A DNA stretch of 64,000 bases, from assembly GCA_964564625.1 (NCBI GenBank), contig CAZMBE010000011.1:17519-81518 (forward strand), in the 5' to 3' direction. A model generated the notes under the pieces. It searched no databases and had not been told where the DNA came from. It saw nothing but the letters and a program-made list of their open reading frames with translations. Made by a program: the position numbers and the translations under genes. This DNA comes from an uncultured Syntrophaceae bacterium (GTDB taxonomy: Bacteria; Desulfobacterota; Syntrophia; Syntrophales; UBA2185). Of the stretch, positions 50,486 to 62,108 are shown one piece after another (within the stretch, counting starts at the first letter, position 1; every line of letters starts with the position of its first letter).

Positions 50486-51801
50486 CCTCCCTCTTTCCTT
50501 TCAATTTCTTCAACTCTGATTTTGAGACCTTCGACCTTGACGATCCTCACCTTTCTGCCCTTTTCCACATGTGCATCACTTAATGCATCCCAGTACTCAC
50601 CCTTTATGAAGACCTTTCCGGTTTCATGAATATCGGTCACCGCCGTTCCCTCCTCACCTACCATGCCCTCTTTTCCCGTGCGCCGTGTTCTCATCTGGGC
50701 CTTCATGACGAGGGCAATAATCCCTGCAAAAAAGAGAGATATGACTGCTAATGTCGGGATCATGACACTCCATGATACCCTGAGGGCAGGATCAGGAGAA
50801 TCGAAAAGCAAAAGTGACCCCAATACCAGAGAAATGATCCCGCCTACCGTTAATAAACCATGGCTGATAACCTTTATTTCTGCAATAAAAAGAATAATGC
50901 CAAAGAGGATAAGGAGAACTCCCGCATAATTAACCGGCAAGGTCTGTAACGCAAAAAATGCCAGGATCAGCGAAATGCCACCGACAACGCCCGGCAGAAT
51001 AACACCGGGATGGGCAAATTCAAAATAGAGACCCGCAAGCCCAACAAGAAATAGGATGTATGCGATATTGGGATCGCTTATAGCGGCAAGTATCCTCTGC
51101 CGTGTCCCCATTTTTTTCTCATTGAGAATGACACCTTTTGTTTTCACAACCTTCTTGCCAGTCGAAAGAGTCACTTCTTTACCATCAATTTGTTCAAGCA
51201 AACTTTTCAGATCTGCCGCCACAACATCTATCACTTTAAGTTTGAAGGCTTCTTCCGCAGTTATGGACTCGCTCTTGCGGACGGCTTTCTCAACCCAGTC
51301 AGCATTTCTCCCTCTTTTATCTGCAATACCACGGACATAGGCAACAGCATCATTTTCAACCTTCTTCATCATGACTTTGTCCGTCCCGCCCACGCCGATC
51401 CCAACCGGATGGGCAGCGCCGATATTCGTACCGGGCGTCATAGCAGCAATATGGGCAGCGATGGTAATTATAACACCCGCTGAGGCGGCCCGTGCACCGG
51501 ATGGATACACGTACACAACAACAGGAATAGAAGAATTCAGGATTCCCTTCGCAATATCCCTCATGGCAAGATCCAACCCCCCAGGTGTATCAAGGAGGAT
51601 TACAAGACCGTCAGAACCTCCTTTTGTTGATGCATCTATGTTTTGGACAATATACTCAGCAACCGGAGGGGTAATAGTAGCACTGACGGTTATCACATCA
51701 AATACAGGCTGTTTTTCTGCGGCATACAATTGATATGATAAAAGAGTAACCATTATCAGTATGAAAATAAGTATCCATGTGGAGATTTTATTTTTTACCA
51801 T
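50482..51801 (-). CDS. nfeD: NfeD family membrane-bound ClpP-class serine protease
   Basis: 439 aa. ClpP-like N-terminal domain ([21 protein letters not shown]), a multi-TM middle region and a C-terminal OB-fold NfeD domain. Classic pairing with the SPFH gene. Confidence 0.9.
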   Translation of the reverse strand: MVKNKISTWILIFILIMVTLLSYQLYAAEKQPVFDVITVSATITPPVAEYIVQNIDASTKGGSDGLVILLDTPGGLDLAMRDIAKGILNSSIPVVVYVYPSGARAASAGVIITIAAHIAAMTPGTNIGAAHPVGIGVGGTDKVMMKKVENDAVAYVRGIADKRGRNADWVEKAVRKSESITAEEAFKLKVIDVVAADLKSLLEQIDGKEVTLSTGKKVVKTKGVILNEKKMGTRQRILAAISDPNIAYILFLVGLAGLYFEFAHPGVILPGVVGGISLILAFFALQTLPVNYAGVLLILFGIILFIAEIKVISHGLLTVGGIISLVLGSLLLFDSPDPALRVSWSVMIPTLAVISLFFAGIIALVMKAQMRTRRTGKEGMVGEEGTAVTDIHETGKVFIKGEYWDALSDAHVEKGRKVRIVKVEGLKIRVEEIERKEGG

Positions 51802-52016
51802 GTAGTACCTCTTGGCATTTATAATACAGACAGCTCATAAAGTTACAGTTTGTCATATCGACATAAGTATGACCTGCACGTGGTATGCAGAAAAAGAACT
51901 ATCTTAAGTAATTGCTAAACACTATTTTCAAATGACACTATGGCTTTACCTCGTGGCTTCAGGTCATTTGATCATTACCATTGCATTAGGTTAGTATTCT
52001 CAACATTCTCGTAAAG

Positions 52017-52772
52017 TCATCGAAAGGTCTGCGGGAGCAATCCTTTCATTATTTTTTGCATGTCTTCCCATACCTGCTTTTTTGCCCCCGGATTCCTGAG
52101 AAGATAGGCCGGATGATATGTCGGCATCAGTTGTATACCATGATATGCGTGGAATTTCCCGCGGAGTATAGTTATGGGTACATCTGTCTTCAGTAGGGTG
52201 TGGGCGGAAAACGTTCCAAGCGCACAGATTATCTGTGGTTTAATAACTTTAAGCTGTTTTATCAGAAAGGGCTCGCAGGCATTGATTTCCTCTGGTTTCG
52301 GATTACGGTTACCCGGTGGACGACACTTCAATATATTGCATATGTATACATCCTTCCTCTTTAAATCCATTGCTTCTATAATCCTTGTCAAAAGCTGACC
52401 GGCGCGTCCAACAAACGGTTTCCCTTGGATGTCTTCATCTCCTCCCGGCGCCTCACCGACAAAAACTAGTCGCGCTTTCGGGTTTCCCTCACCAAAAACC
52501 AGGTTTGTTCTGAGTTTTCCGAGGGGGCACCGCTGACAATCAACAAGTTCCTGTTTCACTTCTTCCAGGGTCATGGTTTTCTGGGGCGCTTTACAATCAT
52601 CACCAGGAAGCTTGTCACGCAACACCTCAATTTCACTTTTGATATGCCCCTTCATATAAAAATGTGACGGGAATTTTCCCGAATCTATATCACTGTAGAT
52701 ATTTGCTTTTAATGATCGTACCAACTTAAGAAGTTCGGCTTCTGAATTTTCTTCGAGATCTGCCATAATCAC
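52017..52772 (-). CDS. udg: Uracil-DNA glycosylase, family 4
   Basis: [50 protein letters not shown] and HPAYLLRNP motifs, with a roughly 70-aa N-terminal extension. Confidence 0.9.
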   Translation of the reverse strand: MIMADLEENSEAELLKLVRSLKANIYSDIDSGKFPSHFYMKGHIKSEIEVLRDKLPGDDCKAPQKTMTLEEVKQELVDCQRCPLGKLRTNLVFGEGNPKARLVFVGEAPGGDEDIQGKPFVGRAGQLLTRIIEAMDLKRKDVYICNILKCRPPGNRNPKPEEINACEPFLIKQLKVIKPQIICALGTFSAHTLLKTDVPITILRGKFHAYHGIQLMPTYHPAYLLRNPGAKKQVWEDMQKIMKGLLPQTFR

Positions 52773-52776
52773 ACTA

Positions 52777-53973
52777 CTACCTTTTCAACAAAAGTGCCTT
52801 GACCCTGTCCATGATGCGATGAGCGACCTCAGTTTTATTCATGAGCGGTACATCTTCAATGTTACCATCTGCGCACAGAATCTTTATGCTATTTGTATCG
52901 TAACCGAATCCTGCACCTTCTTTTGTCACATCATTCGCGACAATAATATCCATATTTTTTTCAACCATTTTGGTCCTGGCGTTTTCCATGAGGTTCTCCG
53001 TCTCCACCGCAAAACCGACGAGAATACGATTCCCTTTCTTTTTACCCACCTCGGCAATGATATCCGGGTTTCTTTCCAGACGCACGGTAAGATCACCCTC
53101 CCCTTTTTTTATCTTATTGTCCCTGCGTGCGTGTGGTCGATAGTCTGCCACAGCCGCGGCCTTTATGATAACAGAGGCTGCCTCCATATTCTCCATGACA
53201 GCGTTTCTCATCTCCACAGCGCTGGACACTGAAATGAATTCTATCCCACGTGGTATTGGTAATGATGAGGGACCACTGATGAGTGTAACATTGGCTCCCC
53301 TTCGCTTTCCAGCGATTGCCAAAGCGTATCCCATCTTCCCAGAGGAATAGTTTGTAATGAACCTCACAGGATCGAAGGGCTCTCTGGTGGGACCCGCGGT
53401 AACAAGAACATTTTCTCCTTTGAGATCTTTCTCTGTAAGAATAGATTCAACTTCCTCTATAATATCAGCTATCTCCGGGAGTCTCCCATAGCCCTCGGCC
53501 CGGCAGGCCATCTCGCCATATGCGGGTTCGATAAACAGAAACCCTCTCCCTGTAAGTTTGCTGATGTTTTCTTTCACGCTGGCATTCTCATACATATTCG
53601 TGTTCATTGCCGGACATATAAGGACAGGTGATTTTGTTGCCATAACCGTCGTCGATAAAAGATCGTCCGCCAAACCTAAGGCTATCTTACCGATCATGTT
53701 TGCGGTAGCCGGCGCAATTACGATAACATCCGCATACTCAGCAAGTGAAATATGTGCCATTTCAAATTCTCTCGTCGGAACAAACATATCGACAAATACC
53801 GGATGTCCGGAAAGAGTCTGAAGGGTGAGGGGGGTGATGAATTCTGTCGCATTCTTCGTCATTATCACCCGGACAAACGATCCCCTCTTTACCAATTCCC
53901 TCGTTAACTCCGCCCCTTTATACGCTGCGATACCTCCTGTAACACCAAGGACAATTTTTTTACCCTTTAGCAT
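52777..53973 (-). CDS. coaBC: Bifunctional phosphopantothenoylcysteine decarboxylase / phosphopantothenate--cysteine ligase
   Basis: 398 aa. KIVLGVTGGIAAYK flavoprotein N-terminus, PAMNTNMY, and the C-terminal ligase motif RFITNYSSGKMG. Confidence 0.95.
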   Translation of the reverse strand: MLKGKKIVLGVTGGIAAYKGAELTRELVKRGSFVRVIMTKNATEFITPLTLQTLSGHPVFVDMFVPTREFEMAHISLAEYADVIVIAPATANMIGKIALGLADDLLSTTVMATKSPVLICPAMNTNMYENASVKENISKLTGRGFLFIEPAYGEMACRAEGYGRLPEIADIIEEVESILTEKDLKGENVLVTAGPTREPFDPVRFITNYSSGKMGYALAIAGKRRGANVTLISGPSSLPIPRGIEFISVSSAVEMRNAVMENMEAASVIIKAAAVADYRPHARRDNKIKKGEGDLTVRLERNPDIIAEVGKKKGNRILVGFAVETENLMENARTKMVEKNMDIIVANDVTKEGAGFGYDTNSIKILCADGNIEDVPLMNKTEVAHRIMDRVKALLLKR

Positions 53974-54281
53974 ATTTTATTCCTTAAGTGACTTTTGAAT
54001 ATCACGTGAAATCAGGTTATTAATAATGTTTTACATATAGCAATTCTCACTGACAAGTTCAAGGAGTAATGAGAGGGTCTACATAAATTAAAGTTTTTAA
54101 CTTGCAAAGCAATGGGAAAATCATTATATGTTCGCGCGGTATTCTGTGTGAAAACTGTCTGAATCAGGTAACGAATGCATTCCCTGTTGCGTGCTGCGGG
54201 GTAAGCGAGCGAATGAAGAATAGTATTTTTCCTTTTATTATGCTTCGGAATCGAAATGAAGATATTTTATGAAGGGAGTGT

Positions 54282-54298
54282 AAGGGACATGGTCCCTT
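54282..54298. promoter_or_regulatory. Perfect 17-bp palindrome 13 nt upstream of the M23 peptidase start
   Basis: aagggac-atg-gtccctt. The arms have the same sequence as the arms of the 39951-39995 inverted repeat. Confidence 0.3.
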
Positions 54299-54311
54299 TA
54301 AGTGACATTTT

Positions 54312-55640
54312 ATGAAAACATACAAACCATATCTAATAGCTGTTTTAGTTCTATTGCTAGCCGGTATAGGGTTTTGGTTTTTTAATTCTTACGCCGAATG
54401 GGAAAATCCTACTGTGAAAATGGATCAAGATATAACCTCCTTAGGAAAGTATACAACAACAAACATCACCTTCACAGATACAAGGAGTGGTCTTCGCAAT
54501 ACAAATGTCACCATTACGCAGGATGGTAAAACACAGGTGCTGTCACTCATCAATTATACCGATTCAGTAACAAAGGACACTACTCTTACGATCACTATTG
54601 ATGCGATAGCCATGAAACTTCACGATGGCCCCGCTGTGCTTGATGTAGTTGCAACAGATAATTCACTCTGGAAAAATAAAACTGCCGTATCCAGACAGAT
54701 TACAATCGATGTTACCCCACCTCAGATATTTTTACTTACCCCCACCAACAATATCAATCCCGGCGGTACATGCGTTGTGCTTTATAGAACTTCCAAACCG
54801 GTTATTGTTACAGGGGTCAAAGCAGATAATCAATTTATTCAAGGATACCCGATTATCATTTCAGGTAAACCATGTATGATAACGTATTTCCCTGTGTCTG
54901 CTGACGTCAGGCAGGGCGTTGCACGTATAAAGGTGACTGCCAGAGATCAGGCGGGTAACGAATCCTCTATAAATCTGCCCCATCTTATCAAAAATAAAAA
55001 GTTCCGGAGCGATAAGATGGTATTGAGTGATAACTTTTTGCATCAGAAAATGCCCGAGTTTCAAAGCCACCATCCTGACTTACAGGGGAGAACCCCCCAG
55101 GAAATTTTTGTCTATGTGAACAGTCAGATGAGAACAGATAATGATTCTGTTCTTCGCGAGATTTGTCAAAAATCTCAGCCACGGCAATTATGGGAGGGAA
55201 CATTTCTGAGGATGAAAAATGCAGCTCCCATGGCTCTATTCGGTGACAAAAGAACCTATCACTACCAGGGTAAAGCAATTGGTGAAAGCACACATATGGG
55301 AGTTGACCTTGCCTCGACAGCAAACGCTCCTGTCGAGGCAGCAAATCACGGTATCGTTGCCTATGCCGGATACCTCGGCATCTACGGTAACATGGTCATT
55401 ATCGACCATGGTCTAGGATTTTTCAGCATCTATGCACATCTTAATTCCATAGATGTTAAAAATGGACAAGAAGTGAAAAAGGGGAATATCATCGGCCGTA
55501 CGGGAACAACAGGCCTTGCAGGTGGTGATCATCTCCACTTTGGGTTATTGATCGGTGGTCAGTTTGTAAATCCCCAGGAATGGTGGGATCCTCACTGGAT
55601 AGCCGACAATGTGAACAAGAAGATGGCTGTTTCTTTCTAG
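54312..55640 (+). CDS. M23 family metallopeptidase with N-terminal membrane anchor
   Basis: 442 aa. [22 protein letters not shown] and [17 protein letters not shown] LytM-type motifs. N-terminal TM segment [18 protein letters not shown]. Confidence 0.88.
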   Translation: MKTYKPYLIAVLVLLLAGIGFWFFNSYAEWENPTVKMDQDITSLGKYTTTNITFTDTRSGLRNTNVTITQDGKTQVLSLINYTDSVTKDTTLTITIDAIAMKLHDGPAVLDVVATDNSLWKNKTAVSRQITIDVTPPQIFLLTPTNNINPGGTCVVLYRTSKPVIVTGVKADNQFIQGYPIIISGKPCMITYFPVSADVRQGVARIKVTARDQAGNESSINLPHLIKNKKFRSDKMVLSDNFLHQKMPEFQSHHPDLQGRTPQEIFVYVNSQMRTDNDSVLREICQKSQPRQLWEGTFLRMKNAAPMALFGDKRTYHYQGKAIGESTHMGVDLASTANAPVEAANHGIVAYAGYLGIYGNMVIIDHGLGFFSIYAHLNSIDVKNGQEVKKGNIIGRTGTTGLAGGDHLHFGLLIGGQFVNPQEWWDPHWIADNVNKKMAVSF

Positions 55641-56503
55641 CTCTTAGTAATATCCCGGTGATTAATCGTCACTACATAGTTTTTATCCGTAAAATATGCA
55701 GCGAGTTTGTTTGACATCACAACTGAACGATGCCTGCCACCGGTGCAGCCCAGGGCAATATTGATTCTTGCCTTTCCTTCCTTTTCGTATAGAGGAATGA
55801 GAAAGGCCATCAATTCAAAGAGTTTCTGAATAAATATCTTGCTTTCTTCTGATTTGAGCACATAATCACGAACATCGGGATGGTGCCCGTTGTAGAATTT
55901 TAGCTCCTCAATAAAGTAAGGATTGGGGAGAAACCTCACATCCAGCACAATATCCGCATCAGCGGGAACTCCATAACGATATCCGAATGAGGTCACATGA
56001 ACGATCATCCTATGATTAGCCGATGAAGAAATGAAATGCCTCTGAACTGCATCTTTTAACTGATGCACGTTAAATGAAGTGGTGTCGATGACTTTATCCG
56101 CCATTTTTTTCAAGGGTGATAGTTTCGACCTTTCCAGATTGATGCCCTCCATCACAGTACCCTTTATGGACAGAGGATGCACTCTCCTTGTTTCGCTGAA
56201 TCTATGTAAAAGGGCATCATCGCTTGCGTCCAGATATACAATTTCTAACCTGTATCCCATATTCTTCAATTGTGAAAATATCTTAGTATATTTTTCCAGA
56301 AAACTTTTTTCCCGTAAGTCCATCACCATTGCAACTGGTGTACTTGTCTTTGAAGCATCAGATTGAATCTTGAGAAACCTGGGTAGAAGAACAACAGGCA
56401 TATTATCAACACAAAAAAAGCCAATATCTTCGAGGGCACGGAGTGCCGTACTCTTACCGGATCCGGATAGTCCCGTGATAATCACAACGTGTAGGTTTTT
56501 CAT
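55637..56503 (-). CDS. rapZ: RNase adapter protein RapZ (P-loop NTPase, YvcJ/YhbJ)
   Basis: 288 aa. [31 protein letters not shown] and [10 protein letters not shown] motifs. Confidence 0.93.
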   Translation of the reverse strand: MKNLHVVIITGLSGSGKSTALRALEDIGFFCVDNMPVVLLPRFLKIQSDASKTSTPVAMVMDLREKSFLEKYTKIFSQLKNMGYRLEIVYLDASDDALLHRFSETRRVHPLSIKGTVMEGINLERSKLSPLKKMADKVIDTTSFNVHQLKDAVQRHFISSSANHRMIVHVTSFGYRYGVPADADIVLDVRFLPNPYFIEELKFYNGHHPDVRDYVLKSEESKIFIQKLFELMAFLIPLYEKEGKARINIALGCTGGRHRSVVMSNKLAAYFTDKNYVVTINHRDITKS

Positions 56504-56514
56504 GAAATGCCTCT

Positions 56515-57468
56515 TTATAGCATGAATTTGCTCACGATATTCTCAACGCATGTATGTGCGTTCGTGCCCATTGGGAAAGCTGGCAGCTGAAAACATGGCA
56601 ATGTGACCCCCATAATACAATGCACCTTTTCCACAGGATAACTACATTCCTTTTCCTTACCGATATCTTTTATCATTTTGAATTCAATCATAATATCAAT
56701 GATTGTTTCATCACATATAACCGCAGGGTCGAAGAGCTGTTTTACATCGATGATACCTCTATATTTTTTATGGATAAGATGCTTGATAAGGCCTTGACTC
56801 CGACCATACAACATATTGCTTCTTTTTTCGACCTCTACAACATCATCAGCAATCCATGCATGTCCTTTTTCCGTCAACCTCCACGCACATTCAGTCTTAC
56901 CTGCACCACTATCTCCTGTGATCATTATGCCACGGCCGAATACATTGACAAGCGACCCGTGGAGAGAAACGGCATTTAAAATTTTTTCCCGCAAGACCCC
57001 AATCAGACGACTCTCTAAAAGAAACTCATCATAGATCGATGTGAAAATTGCAATATGATAGAATTCGGAAAAAGAGCGCATAAAAACGGGCAGCGAATCA
57101 GTCCCGGAAATTGCTATACATGATATGCCGGATGAGATGATTTTTTGAAAAAAATTTTTACGCGCCTTTAATGACGGGCACGCAAGTTTAGAAAGGTATG
57201 AAGGTGATAGTATAAGAATGGTATCGGGAATCAGTCTGTCCCAGTCAATTTTTTCCTCAATATATTGCTTCACCCGAATATGGCATATTTCCCTTGTCAA
57301 ACCGGTTTCACCGGTTATTTCTGTAATTCCTAATATATCTTCAGCATCTTGAAATATATCTTTTAACTTCACTGCAGACATGCAAGCAACTGATCCTGAG
57401 ACCTTGAAAAAATCACAGCCTTCGAGACTCAGCCCCTTAGTATTCCCGAACAATATTTCATATTTCAA
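56515..57468 (-). CDS. hprK: HPr kinase/phosphorylase
   Basis: 317 aa. Walker [17 protein letters not shown] followed by ADDVVEV and the signature region [17 protein letters not shown]. Confidence 0.9.
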   Translation of the reverse strand: MKYEILFGNTKGLSLEGCDFFKVSGSVACMSAVKLKDIFQDAEDILGITEITGETGLTREICHIRVKQYIEEKIDWDRLIPDTILILSPSYLSKLACPSLKARKNFFQKIISSGISCIAISGTDSLPVFMRSFSEFYHIAIFTSIYDEFLLESRLIGVLREKILNAVSLHGSLVNVFGRGIMITGDSGAGKTECAWRLTEKGHAWIADDVVEVEKRSNMLYGRSQGLIKHLIHKKYRGIIDVKQLFDPAVICDETIIDIMIEFKMIKDIGKEKECSYPVEKVHCIMGVTLPCFQLPAFPMGTNAHTCVENIVSKFML

Positions 57469-57498
57469 ACACGTACATGGTAACCCGGGGAAAAGGTC

Positions 57499-57960
57499 TC
57501 AGCATGCATCATCCTTATCTGCAATTATCATATATAACTCATTCTTTGATTTTGCTTCCATGAGCTTTTTCCTGAATGTAGTATCCTTGAGCATTTTGGA
57601 GATTTTCGCTAGCGCTTTCAAGTGCTGACCTGTTGTATTTTCAGGCGCCAGTAATAAAAAGAAAAGATGGGCGGGTTTGCCATCCATAGAATCATAGTCT
57701 ACTCCTTCCATGCTTCTGCCAAATGAAACAATCAAGTTATCCAGATCTGATATCTTGCCATGGGGTATAGCAATACCGTCCCCTATCCCGGTACTTCCAA
57801 GTTTTTCTCTTTCGAGCAATGTATTTACGACCACCTCACGACTTATTTTTACATCACCCTGGAGAAACACACTCGATAATTCAGCAAGAACGTCGCCTTT
57901 TGTTTTTGATTGTAACTCTTCAACAATATGTTCCTTCCTGAATATATCTGCAATTTTCAT
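57499..57960 (-). CDS. ptsN: PTS IIA-like nitrogen regulatory protein PtsN (EIIA-Ntr)
   Basis: 153 aa. EREKLGSTGIGDGIAIPHGK contains the phosphorylatable His motif. Confidence 0.9.
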   Translation of the reverse strand: MKIADIFRKEHIVEELQSKTKGDVLAELSSVFLQGDVKISREVVVNTLLEREKLGSTGIGDGIAIPHGKISDLDNLIVSFGRSMEGVDYDSMDGKPAHLFFLLLAPENTTGQHLKALAKISKMLKDTTFRKKLMEAKSKNELYMIIADKDDAC

Positions 57961-57976
57961 GATTATTCCTCGAACT

Positions 57977-58522
57977 TCAGCTGCTTGTTTCTATGAGGGT
58001 GTAATTCCCGTCATCACGAACATATATAATGCTGACATTTTCTGTAGAAGAATCTCTGTACACAATAAACCGATTCCTTGACGAATCAATCTCCATAATG
58101 GCATCATCTAATGACATAGGTTTCAATACCATCTTCCTCATCTCGACTACTTTTGATTCCTGAACCTCATCTGTATCATCCACATATTGCTCCGCTGGAG
58201 TAATTTCTTCTCCACGTGACGCATTAGACTTATGACCCCTTATTCTTTCTTTGCGTTTCTTGAGTTGACGTTCGATCTTTTCGATTGCGTTGTCGATGGC
58301 AAGGGACATATCCTTGGCTTCTTCTTTAGCATTTAAATTTTGACCGTTTGTCATTAAATTCACTTCTGCCACATTCCTGAACTTCTCTACAGAGAGAACT
58401 ACACGAGCCTCAACGGGAGTATCCATATATTTCTCTAGCTTTTTCAGCTTCTGATCTATATATTCCTTATGCCAGTTTTCTCCTTCTCTATTTCTGAAGG
58501 TTACAGAAATCTTCATAAACAT
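57977..58522 (-). CDS. hpf: Ribosome hibernation promoting factor (long HPF)
   Basis: 181 aa. N-terminal S30AE/YfiA fold (KISVTFRN...AIDNAIEKIERQLKKRKER) plus the C-terminal dimerisation domain (MKPMSLDDAIMEIDSSRNRFIVY). Confidence 0.92.
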   Translation of the reverse strand: MFMKISVTFRNREGENWHKEYIDQKLKKLEKYMDTPVEARVVLSVEKFRNVAEVNLMTNGQNLNAKEEAKDMSLAIDNAIEKIERQLKKRKERIRGHKSNASRGEEITPAEQYVDDTDEVQESKVVEMRKMVLKPMSLDDAIMEIDSSRNRFIVYRDSSTENVSIIYVRDDGNYTLIETSS

Positions 58523-58623
58523 CCTCCTAATTTTTGTTTCATTGTGCCTTATTATTTACCTCTTGCGTATAAAGGCGCGCATCCTAATCTTAAAATTTAC
58601 TCAGGTCAACCTGTTTTTTAACT

Positions 58624-60090
58624 CTAAAAATATTTTTTCCTCTTAGAGGACGGCAAAATACACATCATTTCTCTGTACTTTGCTACTGTTCTTCTCGCAA
58701 TAGACACACCCGAATTATTTAATAGCTTAACAATATCACTATCACTGAGTGGTTTCTTGGGGTCTTCACTAGTTACAATTTTCTTTATTTCTTCTTTTAC
58801 ACTCTTCGATGCCACAGTATCGCCGCCAGTTTTCTGAATCCTGCTGCTGAAAAAATATTTTAGCTCGAATATGCCCCTCGGCGTATGCATGTATTTGTTT
58901 GTAACCACCCTGCTTATGGTTGATTCATGCATTTCAACATCATCAGCGATATCCCTCAGTACAAGCGGTTTTAAGTATGTAATCCCGTAATCAAAAAAAT
59001 CCCTTTGCAGTTTCAAGATGCTTTCCGTCACTTTGTATATTGTTCTATGCCGCTGCTGAATACTCTTGATCAGCCAGGTCGCTGACTGCATTCTTTCCCT
59101 GATATATTTCTTGCTGTTTTCCGCATCGGGATAGGTGCTGATGCCACTCATGATTTCTTTATAGAAATTGCTTATTCTCAGCTTAGGCAGGCCATCATCA
59201 TTCAATATTATTTTGTATTCATCTCCCGTCTTGAATACATATACATCAGGGATAATAGTATCTATTCTTTCCTCATTATATATACCGCCAGGCTTGGGAT
59301 CCATGTTGCTTATGATAATAACCGCCTGCAAAACATCAGAGAGGGGAACCTTTAATTTTCTCGATATATTGGTATAATTTTTTGTTTCAAGATCTTTCAG
59401 GTGTTCTGTAATGATCATTTCTACAAGAGGACTTAACACTCCTAAAATTCTGGCCTGGATTAAAAGACATTCCTTAATGTCCCTTGCTCCAATACCAGGC
59501 GGGTCAAACTCCTGAATTTTCTTCAGGACATTCTCTACAAAACTCGGATCAACAACCTCTTGTGCTGCAATTTCCTCTACGGATGCCACCAAATATCCGT
59601 TATTATCGAGGTTTCCAATTATCTGCTCTCCGACCTTCATCTCCGAGTCCGTCAAACGTGATAGCTTAAGTTGCCACATCAGATGATCTGCCAGTTGAGC
59701 TTTTACCATCAACATATTATCCCATGAAGGCGTTTCATCATCTTTTCGATCATACCTCACTCCTGTGGGGCCGTAGTCCTCAAGATAATTATTCCAGTCG
59801 AATTCTTCCTTGCCGTCACCCTCTCCTGTAATTTCTTCTGTACGCTCAATCGTTTTAATCTCTTCACGATCAATAACAGTGTCAATGACGTCGCGTTCCG
59901 ATGCATTCACCTCTTCTGGATATTCTTCTGACACAATCTCCTCAAGTAGCGGATTTTCCTCCATTTCCTGAGAGATCATATCAACCAGTTCTAGTCTTGA
60001 TAATTGCAGAAGCTTTATTGCCTGCTGCAATTGAGGTGTCATGACCAACTGTTGTGCCAGCTTCAGATTTTGTTTAAGTTCAAACGCCAT
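58624..60090 (-). CDS. rpoN: RNA polymerase sigma-54 factor
   Basis: 488 aa. Region I LKLAQQLVMTPQLQQAIKLLQLSRLEL and the C-terminal RpoN box ARRTVAKYRE. Confidence 0.96.
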   Translation of the reverse strand: MAFELKQNLKLAQQLVMTPQLQQAIKLLQLSRLELVDMISQEMEENPLLEEIVSEEYPEEVNASERDVIDTVIDREEIKTIERTEEITGEGDGKEEFDWNNYLEDYGPTGVRYDRKDDETPSWDNMLMVKAQLADHLMWQLKLSRLTDSEMKVGEQIIGNLDNNGYLVASVEEIAAQEVVDPSFVENVLKKIQEFDPPGIGARDIKECLLIQARILGVLSPLVEMIITEHLKDLETKNYTNISRKLKVPLSDVLQAVIIISNMDPKPGGIYNEERIDTIIPDVYVFKTGDEYKIILNDDGLPKLRISNFYKEIMSGISTYPDAENSKKYIRERMQSATWLIKSIQQRHRTIYKVTESILKLQRDFFDYGITYLKPLVLRDIADDVEMHESTISRVVTNKYMHTPRGIFELKYFFSSRIQKTGGDTVASKSVKEEIKKIVTSEDPKKPLSDSDIVKLLNNSGVSIARRTVAKYREMMCILPSSKRKKYF

Positions 60091-60129
60091 GTGTTATCTC
60101 ATTTTACTCGTAATTTACCACATACTACT

Positions 60130-60852
60130 CTACAGGGCGAAATCCTCTCCAAAGTAGATTTTCCTCGCGATTTCTGAATTCGCTATAGTTTCTGGCTCCC
60201 CCTCTACCAAAATTGTTCCTTCATTTACGATGTATGCCCTGTCGCATACGGAAAGCGTTTCTCTTACGTTATGATCGGAGATAATAACGCCGATTCCTTT
60301 AGATTTTAATTTGAATATAATCCTCTGAATATCCGCCACAGCAAGGGGATCAATCCCTGCAAAAGGTTCATCGAGAAGAATGTACTTCGGAGATGTAACT
60401 AACGCCCTCGTAATCTCGACTCGTCTTCTTTCTCCGCCTGACAAAGAATATGCATGTGCCTTCGCAAGGTGGGAAATATCAAGCTCTCCAAGAAGTTCCG
60501 TCAGACGTCGTTTTCTTTCATTATTGTCAATATCCAGGGTCTCAAGAATCGCCATAATGTTGTCTTCGACGGTAAGCTTCCTGAATACGGAAGGTTCCTG
60601 CGGCAGGTAGTTTAATCCTTTTCTTGCGCGGATATACATGGGACAGTGACTGACATCCTCACCCTCTAAGAAAATCTTCCCTTCATCCGGCCATATTAAA
60701 CCTACGATCATATAAAAAGTAGTCGTTTTACCAGCACCATTAGGACCTAAAAGTCCTACAACTTCTCCGGGACTTATTTCCAGATCGACTTTGTTAACAA
60801 CTGCCCTGTTTCCGTATATCTTCTTCAGCCCTTTCGCTGACAATTTTCCCAT
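60130..60852 (-). CDS. lptB: LPS export ABC transporter ATP-binding protein LptB
   Basis: 240 aa. GLLGPNGAGKTT Walker A, LSGGERRRVEITRAL signature and ILLDEPFAGIDP Walker B. Confidence 0.94.
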   Translation of the reverse strand: MGKLSAKGLKKIYGNRAVVNKVDLEISPGEVVGLLGPNGAGKTTTFYMIVGLIWPDEGKIFLEGEDVSHCPMYIRARKGLNYLPQEPSVFRKLTVEDNIMAILETLDIDNNERKRRLTELLGELDISHLAKAHAYSLSGGERRRVEITRALVTSPKYILLDEPFAGIDPLAVADIQRIIFKLKSKGIGVIISDHNVRETLSVCDRAYIVNEGTILVEGEPETIANSEIARKIYFGEDFAL

Positions 60853-60911
60853 TAATTCACAAGACCCGTGCCATTGACTGTGTTTGTTTACAATTTCCGT
60901 TTATGTTATGA

Positions 60912-61475
60912 CTATTTAGGTGCTTCTTTTTTTCTTTCTTTCCTGTCCTCGGGATATATTGTAGCCTTGACACGATTTTTTTCTATGCCTTCCACGACAC
61001 CTCTATCTTCGTTAAGATATACTATTATTTTGTTGCCACGGATAACGTTTCTTCCCTCACTCATCAGGGCATTACCTGTCATAATAATCTGTTGGGTCTC
61101 GTGATAGTAAGTGGCATTATCCCCGGTGACAATTCTATCACCCTGTGTTACTATAACATGGCCTTTTGCTTCAATTTTCTCAAGGTCTCCCATATTACCT
61201 GTTTCTTTAGATCCTATCTTTTCCGGTTCCTGCTGATCTTTTTTGTAATACAACAGAAGACGATCTGATTTTATAGTTCTATCACCCTGTGTGGCAATTG
61301 CATTACCTGTAAAGATTACGAGTCTTTTTTCATTATAGGCATCAAGACGGTCTGAGACAATCTGTATTGGCTGGGTTTTATCAATTTTGATCTTCTTCGT
61401 ACCATTTTCCGTAGCCCCTGCATATGAGAAAAAGATGAAGCAGATCATAAGGTGAATCATTATCTTTTTTTTCAT
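60912..61475 (-). CDS. lptA: LPS transport periplasmic protein LptA (OstA-like)
   Basis: Signal peptide MKKKIMIHLMICFIFFSYAGA, then repeated OstA-type beta-jellyroll segments (IVSDRLDAY...FTGNAIATQGDRTIKSDRLLLYY...GHVIVTQGDRIVTGDNATYY). Sits between lptC and lptB. Confidence 0.85.
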   Translation of the reverse strand: MKKKIMIHLMICFIFFSYAGATENGTKKIKIDKTQPIQIVSDRLDAYNEKRLVIFTGNAIATQGDRTIKSDRLLLYYKKDQQEPEKIGSKETGNMGDLEKIEAKGHVIVTQGDRIVTGDNATYYHETQQIIMTGNALMSEGRNVIRGNKIIVYLNEDRGVVEGIEKNRVKATIYPEDRKERKKEAPK

Positions 61476-61556
61476 ATTGAAGTCCTGGTACAGAAGCTTT
61501 TTCACAACATGAAGCTCCACGCCTCTACGTGGGGCATTCCGGCGGCTTTCATAAAT

Positions 61557-62108
61557 TTATCTAATATTTGCTTTAACCTTGGATAACAACGTCACATCCT
61601 TATCAGCCAACGAAAGTGACATGCCCACACCTTTTACCTGCATACGGGCATTTTCCATTTTGACTGCCCCTTCCGTATAAATACGGTGTTCAGAATCCGA
61701 ATATTTCAGAACATCTGTAGTCAGGCGGTCTCCCTTATCGGAGATGATCTCTACATTACCCATTATCTCCATATCTTTTGTATCTGTGTGTAATTTCCCT
61801 TTATCCCCTGTCATCATAAGGATCTTACCGTCAGACATCACAAGTTTTACTCTAATCTTATCCAAAATTGCGATGTTCTCACTTTTTATATAATTCGCAC
61901 TATCCGCCTTGACCTCCCACTTTAATCCTGAATCACCCACATCCGTATAATTAACATTTTTAACCTGGAGGTCTACATTATCCGACATTATTTGAAGCAG
62001 TTTGCCTTGTGAAGAATTATTATTCTTCATAACCAGAAACACCACAACTGCTGAAACAACTATGGCTATTGCGATAGTTATGATAAATGTCTTGTTCTTA
62101 AACTTCAT
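61557..62108 (-). CDS. lptC: LPS export protein LptC
   Basis: MKFKNKTFIITIAIAIVVSAVVVFLVM membrane anchor followed by a periplasmic beta-rich domain. Position immediately upstream of lptA. An alternative TTG start lies at 62144. Confidence 0.75.
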   Translation of the reverse strand: MKFKNKTFIITIAIAIVVSAVVVFLVMKNNNSSQGKLLQIMSDNVDLQVKNVNYTDVGDSGLKWEVKADSANYIKSENIAILDKIRVKLVMSDGKILMMTGDKGKLHTDTKDMEIMGNVEIISDKGDRLTTDVLKYSDSEHRIYTEGAVKMENARMQVKGVGMSLSLADKDVTLLSKVKANIR

